A stretch of 64,000 bases of DNA from Zygnema circumcarinatum SAG 698-1b (taxonomy: Eukaryota; Plantae; Zygnematophyceae): NCBI GenBank assembly GCA_037447605.1, contig CM074804.1, positions 5,247,909 through 5,311,908 on the forward strand, read 5' to 3'. The position numbers and the translations under genes were made by a program. Below the pieces are notes generated by a model. The model did not search any database and was not told the origin of the DNA. It was given only the letters and a program-made list of their open reading frames with translations. Shown here one piece after another: positions 47,501 through 60,176 of the stretch (positions are counted from its first letter, which is position 1; every line of letters begins with the position of its first letter).

Positions 47501-49818
47501 GCTTCACAGAATCAAATTCCTCTTGCAACCCCTTTATTCCGAAGTACAATAATCGCTGTATCGCCTTCTTTCTCGTGGTGTTGCACGGGTGAAGAATACT
47601 GAAGGAAGTCATATGCGTCAACGCATGTAAACTATAAAGACGCGACAGGAGCGGCTAATAATTCAATCTACGTTATAATGTTTCCATCATTTTCTGGCCA
47701 AGGAAAGGAAGTCTTGCGCCTCTTGACTGGTCTGGTTTCTTTGGTACATCCCGTCGTTCTCACGTCTATGTGACGGATTTTTTACTTTATCCATCCAAGT
47801 TTCAAGACGGGGACTCTATTTTCACTCTGTTTTGCAGAGATGAAGCCTACTAGAGACGCACATCCTCAATCACTCCAATTGAACATACAAGAAGTGTCAG
47901 GAACATTGAGATATGCAACCAACGCCTCAATGGTTCCGGCATTTGCTGCACGAAGGAAGGAAGTCTGCAGTCTCTCCTCTGGTTGGTCTCTATGCTGCAT
48001 CTCCTTAAGATCACATTGCCAGCACTTCTGCACTAGCCACGACCTTTCACGATTGATTCAGAAGCGTGTTTAAAACTAACCCTGGTTGTGATTAAACATC
48101 TTCAGGCTTCGATTGAATTGGATTATTGGGCAACACTTGTCGGATGACTGCAGGTACGAAACCTGGATCTAAAGGGAAATCAAAATCTTCACATGTCAGC
48201 AGCGTTACTGGCGCAAGGAAGGCACTCGGCACCACACCAGGACCCGAGGTGAGACTGTGCGGCATTATGTGTTCCCACGAGTCAAAGTTGCACGTAGACA
48301 AATGCATCGTAACTGATCTGTATTTTCTTTGTGTAGTGGGCTTCTCAAACATTGAGTCAGAGCTTGTGATCTTGATGGAAAATAGACGCTTCAGCAACCT
48401 GATGATGATTATTTCCACTTACACGATGCATGAAGGGTAAAAAACCTGAGACGGATACAACCTCCAAGAAGAACAGCTGCTCCGGCAAGGCCACAGTTCA
48501 GCGAAACAAGCGCAACAATGTCGAAAGAGAGGAGACAACCAACTCTACGTGCGGGGAGTTTGAGGCGTCCGGCAAGAAACGGTCAAAGAAGCCTCCAGCA
48601 GCAAATGGAAAGGTGTGAAGTGCCAGCCTTCCTCCTAATGCAGCGTGTAGCCTCGGTAGCACGGTAGCTGATGCTTGTCTTTCATGCCGTGATCGGGACC
48701 TGTAATGCTGCTCTAAATTCCATTTCCCCCCCCCTTCGTTATCGGCAGGTGGTAGAAAAGTCATCATCATCGACGGCGCCATCGCAACCGAGCTCACGAA
48801 GCAGCTCCGCAAGGCACGGACCGCTTCTGAGCATACCGGAAGAAGCCGTTACTGTGGAAGCTGCCGGGCCGCCCGCGTTCGTATTATCAGCTGCCGAAGA
48901 TTCAACTGTGAGTGCTGCGCAAAGAAGCGAAGACCCGCAGTCCTCCGCTCCCGCCAGGAAGCGGGCAAAATCCGCCGACTTTGATGCTGACGAGAACACG
49001 GTAATGGTATGTGTGGACGCTCTCAAAACTCTACCGCACCCTCTTATCACGATAGGGCATGTCAAACTTCCGAAACGTGTGGTGATGCTTTTCTTGGCGA
49101 GGACTGGTTAAAGGTTAAAAAGAAGAAATTTTAGGAGCGGGGGCGGTTTAAAAGGAGTACGGTACTCCGAGGATATCGCCATCTACCTTCAAAAGAGAAG
49201 GGGACATGTGGCATTGACCTCTCGATCTCAACAGAGAACTCCGTAAAAAATTAGTACTACTAATTAGCAACTTTTCGTAAGATGTTGTTTTGGCATGCCC
49301 TACTTTAGACGCTCAACTCGAGAGCATCAAGCGTTCAGAGAGAATGGTCTTGAAGAGAATTCGCAGGTTGTTCTCAATGCCGTTCCTGAAAAGTCGCAAT
49401 TGGAATTCTGATTCGAACCCTATATATATACCCGATACCCTATACTCTATACCCTATACCCTATATACCCTAAAATAATGGGGATGGGACGTGGCATTAG
49501 TCTCACAATGGCGAGGCCATCGTGAGACAAACTCATCATGGGGAACCACGGGGAACTGGTTGTAAAGGACCTGTAATGACCCTAAAACCCTGTAATGATT
49601 GTTTGTATTTTGTGTCTGAACGGTTCGATCTACTGACGCTGACGCCCTGCGCGATGCATGTGCGGCTGAGGCAGGTGCGCACAAAGTTTGCAGAAGGAAG
49701 GCTGCAGGACCTCGCGCTGCCGAGGTTGAAGAACTTTATCGCAGGCCACAAGCTAGGGAAAGTCAGCGGCAAAAAAGAGGAACTTCTCGCTAGAATCGCC
49801 GATTTTTTGTTAAAGTGA
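44536..49818 (+). CDS. C18orf63/DUF4708-like protein with C-terminal SAP-like helix pair; multi-exon, true start not resolved
   Basis: Exon peptides CRIVPTLAEGFVV, DELKLFWQHQ and YPSCCTL resemble my recollection of the DUF4708 pattern; last exon GRLQDLALPRLKNFIAGHKLGKVSGKKEELLARIADFL resembles SAP/Ku70-C. Confidence 0.55.
49415..49475. repeat. Degenerate (TATACCC)n heptamer array in an intron
   Basis: aaccctatatatatacccgataccctatactctataccctataccctatataccctaaaat. Confidence 0.7.
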
Positions 49819-50168
49819 TACAATGAAAGTTACACTTGACAAGGAATGAGGGAATTTTATTGATTGCGTTGCAGCCATTGGTCATGCTTTGAAAGAGTGA
49901 ACTGTTTGACGTTTTTTCAATTCCCACTCGGAATAGGCAGTCAATTTATGTCCGTTTTTTTTATTTTTTCAAGTCCAACACGTTGGGGACAAACATGTTG
50001 CCTCACAAACAAACACAAGTGTTGGACATTATCTGAGCGTATGGACAGCTTGGTTTCACATGATGACAAAAAGACTGGCTTGGTCTACTGCCAGCAAAAA
50101 GGGCATGGACGAATATTCACATAAGGCGCTAGAGCAGCCTGTACAAGAGGTCCTCTGCAGGACAGCTA

Positions 50169-53142
50169 CTAGTCACTGTCATCATCGCTTCCATCGCTAT
50201 CCACATTCCCATCATCACCCTCCCCATCGCCTTCTTCATCCCCACCGTCGTCTCCATCTCCGCCATCATCATCCCCATCGTCATCGCTATCCTCCTCCCC
50301 ATTCCCATCATCTGCACTCTCAAAATCTCCATCAAAGTCCCTTCCATCGTCGTCAAAGTCATCGTCTCCAAAAATGTCATCGTCCTCCACATCTTCTTCG
50401 TCATCCTCATCGCTGTCTTCTCCTTTTCCAAGTCCATCGCCCTGTCCATCGTCATAGCTCCCTTCGTCATCTTCATACTCCTCATACACATCAGCTTCGT
50501 GAGGAGCAGACAATCCTCGGTCCCCGTCCAAAATTTCATTGCAACTCTCCACATCAGAACCCCCTCCAGCTCCTTTTAGGTTGCTGTAGTCTACACCGCC
50601 ATCAAAATCGTCCATGGCCCCTTGTCCCAAGAAATCACTCTGCTCACCGTCTCCAGAACAATCGCCATCTTCAGTCCCCCGTCCATATTCTTCCTCGACT
50701 ATCTCCCTCCAATCTGTGTGCTCTCCCCAGTCCTCTTCTTCCCCACTCAATCCCACTTCCTCCCCACCCTCAACCTCCGGCTCTTCAGTTGTAAAACTAA
50801 CTGAGTCATGTACATCTTCAGGAAACCCTACAACTCTGTTAGCTTCATGATCTTCATCATGATAGTCATCCGTGCTTTCACCGAGATCATCCTCTTGGTC
50901 CTCATTGTCATCACTTCCCATTTCCCCCCAGATGTTGGCACCTATCTCCAAATCATCAGGTTCATCAACATCTTCCATGTCGTACGCTTCTTCTCCCGGT
51001 GCTGCATCTTCCTCCTCCCAGTTTCTCGCCTCTCCCGTTCTAAAATCAGTCTCAGGCACATCTATTGAATCCTCACGCTCCACATCTTCTTCAACCTCCT
51101 CATCCTCAGCTTTTTCAACCTCCTGCGCATCTTCATGATCTTCATCATCTTCATCATCTTCATCCAACCCTTCCTGCTCTTCATCGCTGTCGTCTTCGCC
51201 GTCCTCTTCTGGAAACAAACTCAAAGCAGATCGTTCTAGCTGCTCAACGGCATCTTCCAACTCTGCTATTTCGGCTTCAAGGCGTTCTGGAATCATCTCA
51301 CGACCTTCATTTGCAAATCGGAGAAGGAAACCATCATCCCAAAGGCCGCAATCGCATGTGGGGAGTTTATTCTGCCAAGGAGCCGCACATACGTAGCAGA
51401 ATTCATGCCCACACCTGCGCAAACAGAATTTCGAAGCATTCAATCCATCTGATCCTCAAAATTTGAATGCAACACCGAACTTCTCTGCAGCTCGCATAAC
51501 CTGGAAACACTCTAAAACCCCGGCGCTCATGCCTAAAGGCTGCCGCCTCCACAGCCACTGCTGCCGCTGCCCTGTATCAAGGATATGCGAGTCCAACTGA
51601 CTTGACAGAAAGAAAAAATGAAGGTCGATACACACATGCATTACATGTGAATTTGTAGAAGTAGGGTTTTAAATCCATAGCTGGTGATATTGGGAAACAT
51701 TCAGACTTGCTGTTAATTACTCACCTGCAAGTCATGTGATAGCAGCCGTCAGCAAGCTCTATCATCTGCAGACATTTTGCACATCGCTTCCATTTCTGAT
51801 CCTGTGCGAGCCGATAGAGCTGGGCATCTTGTGCATTACGCATGTCTGCTGGAAGAGCAGCATACTCCTCGCAATTCATTCCTACGTGCCAAGGCACGCG
51901 ACATTCAACACACAAGAGTCTGTGACATTCCATACACTCTGCCTCTGTTGAGAGACCAACAGTTCCTGTCTGAGAAGAGCTTGCTGCCATGTCACTGGAC
52001 GGGGAGTTCCTGACCATCAATGCTGAGCAGTCACTAAAGGGACAATATATCTTCTCGCTTTCAGAAATGGAGGATTCTGCCTGCTGCTGCAGAAGGGCAT
52101 CGAACGAGCTAGGAGAAAGCAGCTGCCGACATTCATCAATTGAGAGAGCTGTGTCACATCCTACAACGGGGCAAGAGATTCGCAGCTGACGTGCTTTGAC
52201 TTCAACTTCTGAATACGTCCTCATGCACGGCCTGCAAAATTGGTGAGAGCAACCCAAAATACGGAACATTACATGTCCAGTATATTCCTCCAGACATATT
52301 CCACATTTGGCTATCACTTCGATGTTGGTATCCAGTACTGCCCGCTTCCCCTTGGCTGTTTCCCGTCTACTGCTGACCCTGTCGTCCAAAAAACGGGCAC
52401 CTTTGCGAAAATGTGGTTCGCCTGATTCATCACCCATTCGCTCATCGCTCATAACATTTTCAACTGCAGAACCACTTTTGCTCCTAAGGTCTCCTTGAGC
52501 TGCATCTGGCAAATCTCGCAGAAAGCGAGGCTGGGATCCAGAAGCGCTTCTATACTCTCTTACATCAATGGCCAAGTCTGCAAGGGCGAACGCCCTCGCC
52601 TCACAAGTGTCGCAGCCATCATGAAAACTGACCTCCTTCATTCCTGCCGCCAGCTCCATTACCTGATGCTGAACCCCAGCAAGTGTACTCCCAGCGCTAG
52701 ACGACACCCTAAATCCGTTAGAAATCTCTATTGCAGTCACTGACGACCGCGGCCTAACACATAACTCCTCTGCTCCGAAACATCGTGCGACCTTGAGGCC
52801 ATCCAGAAGGGCCTCGTAGTTCGCCAGCTGGCGGTCTATACCATCTCCAAGATACCTGCTTCCTTCCCAATAAAGGCCAGTTTTCCCACCATGAAGAACA
52901 ACGCCTGCGCCACCATGGCCTTCTTTCATCGACACTTGCCCATAAAAGCACAAGCTGAATCCCTCCACATGGCAATTGCAGAGACCTTGCCCTTGTGCAG
53001 AGCCCCAAGCATCACCGTTGTCTTCCAGAGCAACACTAGAGCTTCCCCTCTTCCTGGTGGCCGTGCCATTGTTCCAGACGGCTGTCCGATCTGTTCTGAG
53101 ATGAGTCCGACGCGCCGGAGCGGGACGATCTCCGAGCACCAT
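50169..53142 (-). CDS. RBR (RING-IBR-RING) E3 ubiquitin ligase with N-terminal RNase H-like domain (RSL1/RFA-like) and acidic tail; 2 exons
   Basis: GAGVVL...ANYEALLDGLKVA (RNase H-like); CGICLE...CSHQFCRPC; CPFSDC...CMECHRLLCVEC; CAKC...CYHMTCR|CGHEFCYVC; intron ~51723-51416. Confidence 0.9.
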
Positions 53143-54499
53143 GGCCGTCCGTCCGTCAGCCGCTGCCCCAGCCTCCCTCGGCAGGCAGGCAGGCAGCCCT
53201 CAGCGCTGGCAGCAGCTCCCGTCTCCCTCCCCTCCTGCCCGCCAGCGCCAGGCCGGGGCAGTAGGTTTGGGGGCATGGGGGGGCGCCACGGGCATGCCCC
53301 GGGGGGGGGGGAAGAGGGGCGGCATGGAACAAATTTTCGACCGTCCGTGCCCGGCTCACGCCTCGTGCGACGACTCCATACATTTCGTGCCCCGCCATGC
53401 CCCTGTCACGTGACGCTTGCCGAGTACGGCCGGGGCTGGGACGGTGGCCATTGCCGACTGAGTCGCGTTCAGTCTCTTTCTAAACAGAGACGAAACGAGG
53501 AAAAAGGAGAGAGCGAACTTGCATTGATCTCACGGTGGCGAGGCCATCAAATGTACGTGGATAGAATCAACATAGGGAACCAAAGGAAAAGGTCACAAAG
53601 GACCTAAGGACAACAAGAAAAGCCTATAAACGGAAATCTACTTCTAGGCTCAATAACACGGCAGTAGAAGCAACCGCGCAGTAAAATAATGTGGCATTGA
53701 TCTTACTCAGTAACTTTGTGTACATTAATACTAACAAGCAAAAGTCCGTTCGATTTTGTTGTCTTCACGACCTGCTCAATGTAGTCAGGTCACGGGGCAC
53801 GAAAAAGGGGCATGCCCTCCCTGCTAGGGGAGGGGGGGCACATGCCCCGGGGCACGGATCGGAGGGGGACCGTGCCCCCGACCCTGCCGGACGGCCCGCC
53901 CGCCCGCCCCCAGGCCCGCCCTCGCCTAGTCGCGTTCCCGCCCGGCGGGGGCGCGAGAAAAGACAACGACCGACGAGGACGACGAAAGCTCGCCCACGTG
54001 TGAGCGGGAAAACGGCGGGAATGACGACCGTGTGAACACGGAACGAGTCCAGAATTGTACGGCGACGTGTTTGTACGACCTATACGGACCTTAACCGTCG
54101 GACGTTCTTATCGGCACGAGCAGGGGACGGTTGGGGCTGCGACGGATGGAAGGAATGGCTGCCCTGCCCGGCACTGCCTTGCACTGCGCACTGCCTCAAG
54201 TGAAGACTGAAAAATGCGGGTTCTAGTAACGAGGGGACACCTGTGAGATAAAAAGGACGGACAATCCCGTGTATTTTAGTATAAAGTATAGCAACAAGTA
54301 TAAAGTACATACAAGACAGAGTAGACATAGGAAATAAAAAGGGTGTGTTAAGGTTGAGAGGTGGTCATGCATTTACGGCCGCAAGCATGTGCAGGCAATG
54401 TAAAGTTACACACGACCATGCGCACATTATTTGCGACTATGTATGGATAGACTGTAGCATCAATTTTTCGGAATACCGCAAGCCACCCATGTTCTTCGA

Positions 54500-56230
54500 A
54501 GGTTTCGTATCTTCTTCACTTTAATGCATATTCATGCCCATGCACACATTCATGCACACATGGACCCCCCACCAGGAACAACAACGGAGCCTGCAGTGCA
54601 AAAAAACGGTTCGTAGTTGCAACATAAACAATGAACACCAAAGCACCACAGGGATAGCTGATGAACGGCTCGCCGTAACTTGGCGTCCAAACATGAACTT
54701 TATACAAAGGCTCCTGAGCAATGTCCCAATTTTTTTGCACGTGTACCTCACGGTCAAGCAATTTCTGTTTCTGCTCATGCAGCGCTGCAACTGGTGCTGA
54801 CGAGCGCCAGTTGTGCGCTCATATATCAATCAGACTGGCTCCTGGTTTGAAGATCGGAAAGACTGAAATTCTGTGAAAGGATTTCTGGCACCTTAAACTT
54901 TCTGAACAAAACTCAGGTCATGCATCACAGGTCAGTCCTCACAATTCAATATAAGGGGTAGAGATGTTGAATAGGAAAATCAGAACCTCAATGAATTGCT
55001 GACGGAGGATTTTGGAGTATTTCCTAACCTGACCTGTCAAACTCCAAGGCTAGGACCCTTAATCTAGCTCAACCTCCCTATGTTAAAGAAGATGCTGTGA
55101 AATCGGCGCTACAGAAATGGTGATATAGTGACGGTGTGGTTAATGAAGTAATTTCAATTTCCAGCACAATTATGGATTTTCGTCAGACTCAAAAGGGAGT
55201 AGCACTCTTCACTCACATGACAGCAGCAATTCTGCAGCATCGTGAGCAACAAATTAGCTGTACGGCCAACTTTCCTGCCAAAGAAGGGCAACCAAAACGT
55301 CGTCATGTCAGTCGAATTCGATGCAAATACTACCATAATCCATACATTTCATGCAGTTCTCACATTTTTCCTCCTTCCAACATTAGGCCAAGCTTTAATA
55401 TTCCAGATACATCCAAGAGGGGCAAAGTTGTATTCGAACTCCCACATGCGTGGTGAAGATAACATTCCAATGCAGGCGCACAGCAAAAAGCACGTAAACA
55501 TGATCGAAAAATTGCTATTTTAAAATAACAACGCGCACGGTTGCCAACACCAAGCTGTGGAAGGACTCCAACATGTGCACCTAGCCTTTCTTACCTGCCT
55601 TTTCTTGCTCTCCATGGCCTCAAAAGCTGGCTAGGAAACTAACAGCCTTCCGTTTTGCATACTCCGTAAATTTCTGGCTCAGCTCTTGGAACACCTCTAT
55701 ACTTCTCGCAGCTGTTCTCTCCAACAAAGCAAACATTAAAGAAACAGGATCAGGCATCAAAATCTAATATAACTATGCCAGAATTACCGTCAATTACCGC
55801 AAGTAGCTGTCATCTAGATTAGTGGCTTAGCACGAGTGAAGCCCAGCGTAATCTCAATCAACTCTATAACTTCAGAACCTAAATCCTTAACTCCAGTTCC
55901 TGTAACCCTTTTGCAGTTCAGCCACGACGACACCATAACCCCAACCCTCCCCGTATACAAGGACTATGACGCGTCGTCTTCAGCCTAAATGCCTCTCACC
56001 TCCAACAATAATGCCATCCTGAGACATAGCAACCAAAAACGCAATAATCCCTGCCACTATAGCTGTTGCAAGGAAGGCTGAGCATGCGTCTCTCCAAGTG
56101 ACTTCCTTCTCCGCTCCTGCTTGCGCCACCCCCTTCTTCCCCTTCGCCATCTGTATCCCCCTCAAGGACGAGCGCAGCAGAGCCCCACCGCCCACTCCCA
56201 CTCCAGAAACAGCACCCTTCAAACTCCATA
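54500..56230 (-). other. Possible small multi-exon gene, unresolved
   Basis: Short ORF with a hydrophobic stretch (AFLATAIVAGIIAFLVAM, 55980-56222) and donor-like sites near 55594 and 54745; I could not build a coherent model. Confidence 0.25.
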
Positions 56231-56519
56231 TGGCGACCTTTTGGTGCTTGCTATGACTGGAATGCGCGTGTTATGACGCCACCAAGCATAAGTTCAAGCA
56301 ACCGTACCGCAATACGTACGAATGTACAAAATTATTTGTACGATCGTACGGTTATTGTGATACACGTGGCGCGTCCCATTTGGGAACGGTCAACGAAACA
56401 GCTCGCCATGGAGAATGGCCCTTAGCCCTAACGCTGCCTCCGTTTGCTGTGGTCGCTCGCTGGGCCTCCTTTCGGCAGCGCGGGGTCTGATCGAGGGCGA
56501 CGGCAGCGGCCCGTGGGGG

Positions 56520-56520
<1 letters not shown>

Positions 56521-56556
<36 letters not shown>
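56521..56556. repeat. (GGAGCA)6 microsatellite
   Basis: Direct reading; lies in a putative 5' leader region. Confidence 0.9.
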
Positions 56557-56559
<3 letters not shown>

Positions 56560-58220
56560 AGAACCGCGCCTGCCAGCCGTCTTCCTCCTGTAAGTGCGCG
56601 GTAGGGAGTTTGTGATGAGGAGGGCGGAAGATATGGGGAAGGAACGATGGGCTGGGAGGAGAGAGAGCTTCAAATTGTGTGAGGAGAAAGGGTTGAAGTT
56701 CACGAGGAGACGGCGGGACATTAAAAGAGAAGCAGATGGCAATTGGACACAATCAGACATTACGACAGATAAAAATTGAGAAGAGGGTTACAGAGAGCGA
56801 TGAAAGGATGACAGAGATAAAATGGGGAGAGACAGTGGAAAGGGAAAGGCGTGAGGGAAACGGAGCCGTGGCGAGCAGTCAAGGATATGGCAAGTAGAGT
56901 TATGGTTGCGTGGCGCATGGAGGGGTTGAGGCACAAGGGGAAGGAGAAGTGGAGAAAGCGAGGGAAAGAGCGCGTGCGATATATGGAGAGACTGAATGAA
57001 TAATGTACAAACGATGATAGATTGATGCACTTAGTGTATTGCTCCAATTCGTGATGCAGTACATAAATTGCAGTTTCATCGATGCATGTGTCTAGGCATG
57101 CTTTCTTGATTATGATGACTACAGTTACTGTGTTTGGAAGCCATTTACTCTCGCATATAGAGAGGAGTAGGATGTTCTGTCGGGATGATTTCCTGGAATA
57201 AATGCTTGCCAATGATTGGTGAAGTATTAGACGCTTTGTAGGTTGCTACACATTGTGAGATTCTCTTCTATCAACAACCATTGAATCAATATGCAAGCAC
57301 CCTTCAGTCCAACCCCTATGAAGGTCAGGTGGGAGTATGCTCTTTTTCTAGAAGAAAGCAGCCATTACCTCCACAACTGCCCAGCAAAATTACGGTCTGG
57401 ACTAGGAGATGCTTCCTTAGATTGACGTCCTTCAGCGTTTGATTCAACTGGAAAGAATCTAGAAAAAAGAAACTCCTTATGGTGGAGATGTTCTATCCTG
57501 GGAGGATGATTTATACGTAGGTGATGCACAGCACCGTAGATTTTTTTTTCCTTGTTCGTCCTGTTTTTTGCAATTCGCATACAATAATCTTTCCCTGCAA
57601 TTTTTCGTAACAATGTCAATAGGGAATGCGTGCACTTGTCGCTTGCAGGAGTTGAAGGAGTGTCGAGGCGACAATAGTAAACCTGGATGTCAGAGCCTCG
57701 TGTTACTGTTACTCTCGGAGCTGGAAGGGTGAGTTTCAGTTGCATTTTTCTATGATACGTTGCTTGTTTTTTGTCTTGTTCAACCTGCAGGAGATGCGTA
57801 CAACAAAGCCCAGAATGACCAATAAGTTCCACGGATTTTCACGTCTTGTTGTAACAGGTGGCTAAATACTAAGCTTGGGATTTGGATGCTTTGTCTGGTT
57901 TCACAACCAGATGAACATGAAAGTCTTCCACCTTGAGATTTTTATTTCAAATGCAACAGTACCAGAGATTTTTCATGCAATAGGAATTCTGCCTTGATTA
58001 CATTGTACTTTGCGTGCATTGCGGAGTTTGATCACGTGTGCAGCAAACGAAGGGAATTGGAGTCAGCGAGACTGGACTGAATGTAGACAGAGTGTCGTCA
58101 CTTTGCGTGTTCCTTTCTTTGCTAGAAATAAAGGAGAGACTGTGGCTTGTTCAGGTTGCACGGAAGCCTTTATCTCGCCGCCCACCAGCAATCAAAGGTC
58201 TGTATCAAGGACGCCAGGGC

Positions 58221-60176
58221 ATGTATTCGGACCAGATAACTACAGAGAGGAGATTGAAGGATCGCTTGGGCGAATCAGCTGATGGCCAGACGGGCATAAG
58301 GGCGAGGTTAAAGGGACTAGGCGATAACGGTGTTTCTCAACCAATTATTCGAAAGCGGTATGAAGCATAACATCCCTTACCCCTTGTACAGTTCTTGCAA
58401 TTCTAAATGTACATGCAGTCACCAATCATGCTTGTCTGCAAGTCACCTTGACAAAACTTGACACTTCTTTATGCTATGTTTGTTATCATTGTGAAATTAC
58501 CACTTTTTTTTTGACTTAGAAACGACACTATACCTGAAGTGTCTGACATCTCTGCGATGCCAATCTGTCGCGCTCCTACAAATGTTGTACCTCTTCGTTT
58601 GATGTTGGCGATGCAGACAACGGCAGGAAGACGATAAGTGGCAACATGATTTATACAACGCAACCACTTCGGGTATCCACTTGCCCATAAACATTTTCAT
58701 CTGCAAGCTACCGTGTGGATTTAAAGAGCACAGTCAGCACGATACTGTACACCATAGTGAATGAACTGGTTTGCTGTCGTCAATAGCCAGGTGCATTTAT
58801 GGTAAGCATTCTTAACTAATTGGCTGCCCGCCGTTAGCATAATCATCCCACGTCACTTTTAGCAGTAGAATAAGCAAAAGTCTTAAATAAGAAACCATTC
58901 GTTTTTTTTCTCTTAAAGAGTGAATTTTCAATGAGCAACACAGTTCGGCATTTTTAGGATTTAAATGCTTCTCTTAACCATTTGACATGGACAGACGGTG
59001 GAGGGCGAGCTGCACTAGTTGGAGATTTGCGTTCTCGTCTGAGCAGGCGCCCTGCTGGAGCAATACGTGTGGGAAATTCTGGGAATGCGAGAGACTTAAG
59101 GGAAAAGCTTTCTGGTATAGCCATGGATACCGGCGGAAGAGCTGCTCCTCCGGCCAAGCAGAGGCGTTTGACATCAATAGTTGGAAGTGGACAAGTAGAT
59201 GCCGCGCCGAGTCCGGTTGCTACTCGTGTCACTCAGCCCGTGAAGCCTGCCAACACTCAGGTGACGAGCTGCACTGTTTCTCTGCTGGAGCTTCCTGAGT
59301 GGTGCGTTTCAGAATACTGTGGCACCATTCTCAATCTGATAAGGGCTTACTTGTGTTAGGGGTGACAGTCACGACTGCCAAATTCCACAAAGACGGTTGC
59401 TTCATTCCTGACGTCACTGGGTTTGGCCAAGTACGTTGCAGCTTTTCAAGCAGAAGAGGTATTGTCAACCCCTCCTCTCTGTACAAGCGTTTGCGCTTTC
59501 ACTGACCTCCTTCTCTCCTAATGGTTTCTCAATGTAAGTTGTATTCCGATTAAGGCCTTGCACTGTCTGAGCTTTCTTTCACTGGAACAGGGTGGTTGTC
59601 TGGTGTCAGACCAAAGCACCCTTAGAAACTAAGAGTGACTTATCTATGAACCATGTATTTCTGAAAAATGAGTTGTTTGCAGAAGCGAATTGTGTTTTTT
59701 GTTGGCTTTAGGCCTTAGCTTTTGGCAATTTAATCAGCGAGCAGTTTGCAAGGAGCAAGCTTTGACCGCAAGTGCTACTGCTATTGCCTGCTTGTCTGCA
59801 ATGTCTGCGTACCCATGGAGTCCCCTAACCTCCATGCAATCTTGAGTTTGACGACATGCAGGTTGACATGCAAGCTTTGCAGCATTTCCGGGATGAAGAT
59901 TTGAAGGAGATGGGCATTCCAATGGTGAGCTGCAAATCAAATAACGAGGATTCAGCTAACTTATGGAAATTATCTCACAACACTATTTACTGGAGCTCAA
60001 ATGAAAAGAACAACAAGAAGCATGCAGCGCCTGTGTCCGATGTACAGATCAGAGCTGGGGGGACTTCCAAGCAGTGGGAGTGCACAGGGAGCTGACTCAT
60101 GCGCTGCCTGCACGGTGCCACGCAGGGACCGAGGAAGAAGATTCTGCTCTCTTTGAAACCGGAAGGATCGTCATAG
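58221..60176 (+). CDS. Plant-type SAM-domain protein (family often annotated ANKS6-like)
   Basis: MYSDQITTERRLKDRLG...RQRQEDDKWQHDLY...RDLREKLSG...TVASFLTSLGLAKYVAAFQAEE|VDMQALQHFRDEDLKEMGIPM|GPRKKILLSL; stop at 60174-60176. Confidence 0.85.

Noticed and set aside
50060-50794. His-rich 244-aa plus-strand ORF and other antisense ORFs over the RBR tail, kinases and TEs
   Set aside because: Shadow frames of acidic or GC-rich coding sequence.
52700-52960. RNase H-like segment as a retroelement or HGT insertion
   Set aside because: RNase H-like plus RBR is an established plant architecture (RSL1/RFA-like).
56760-57832. Minus-strand 150-155 aa ORFs
   Set aside because: No motifs; composition fits an intron/UTR upstream of the SAM gene.
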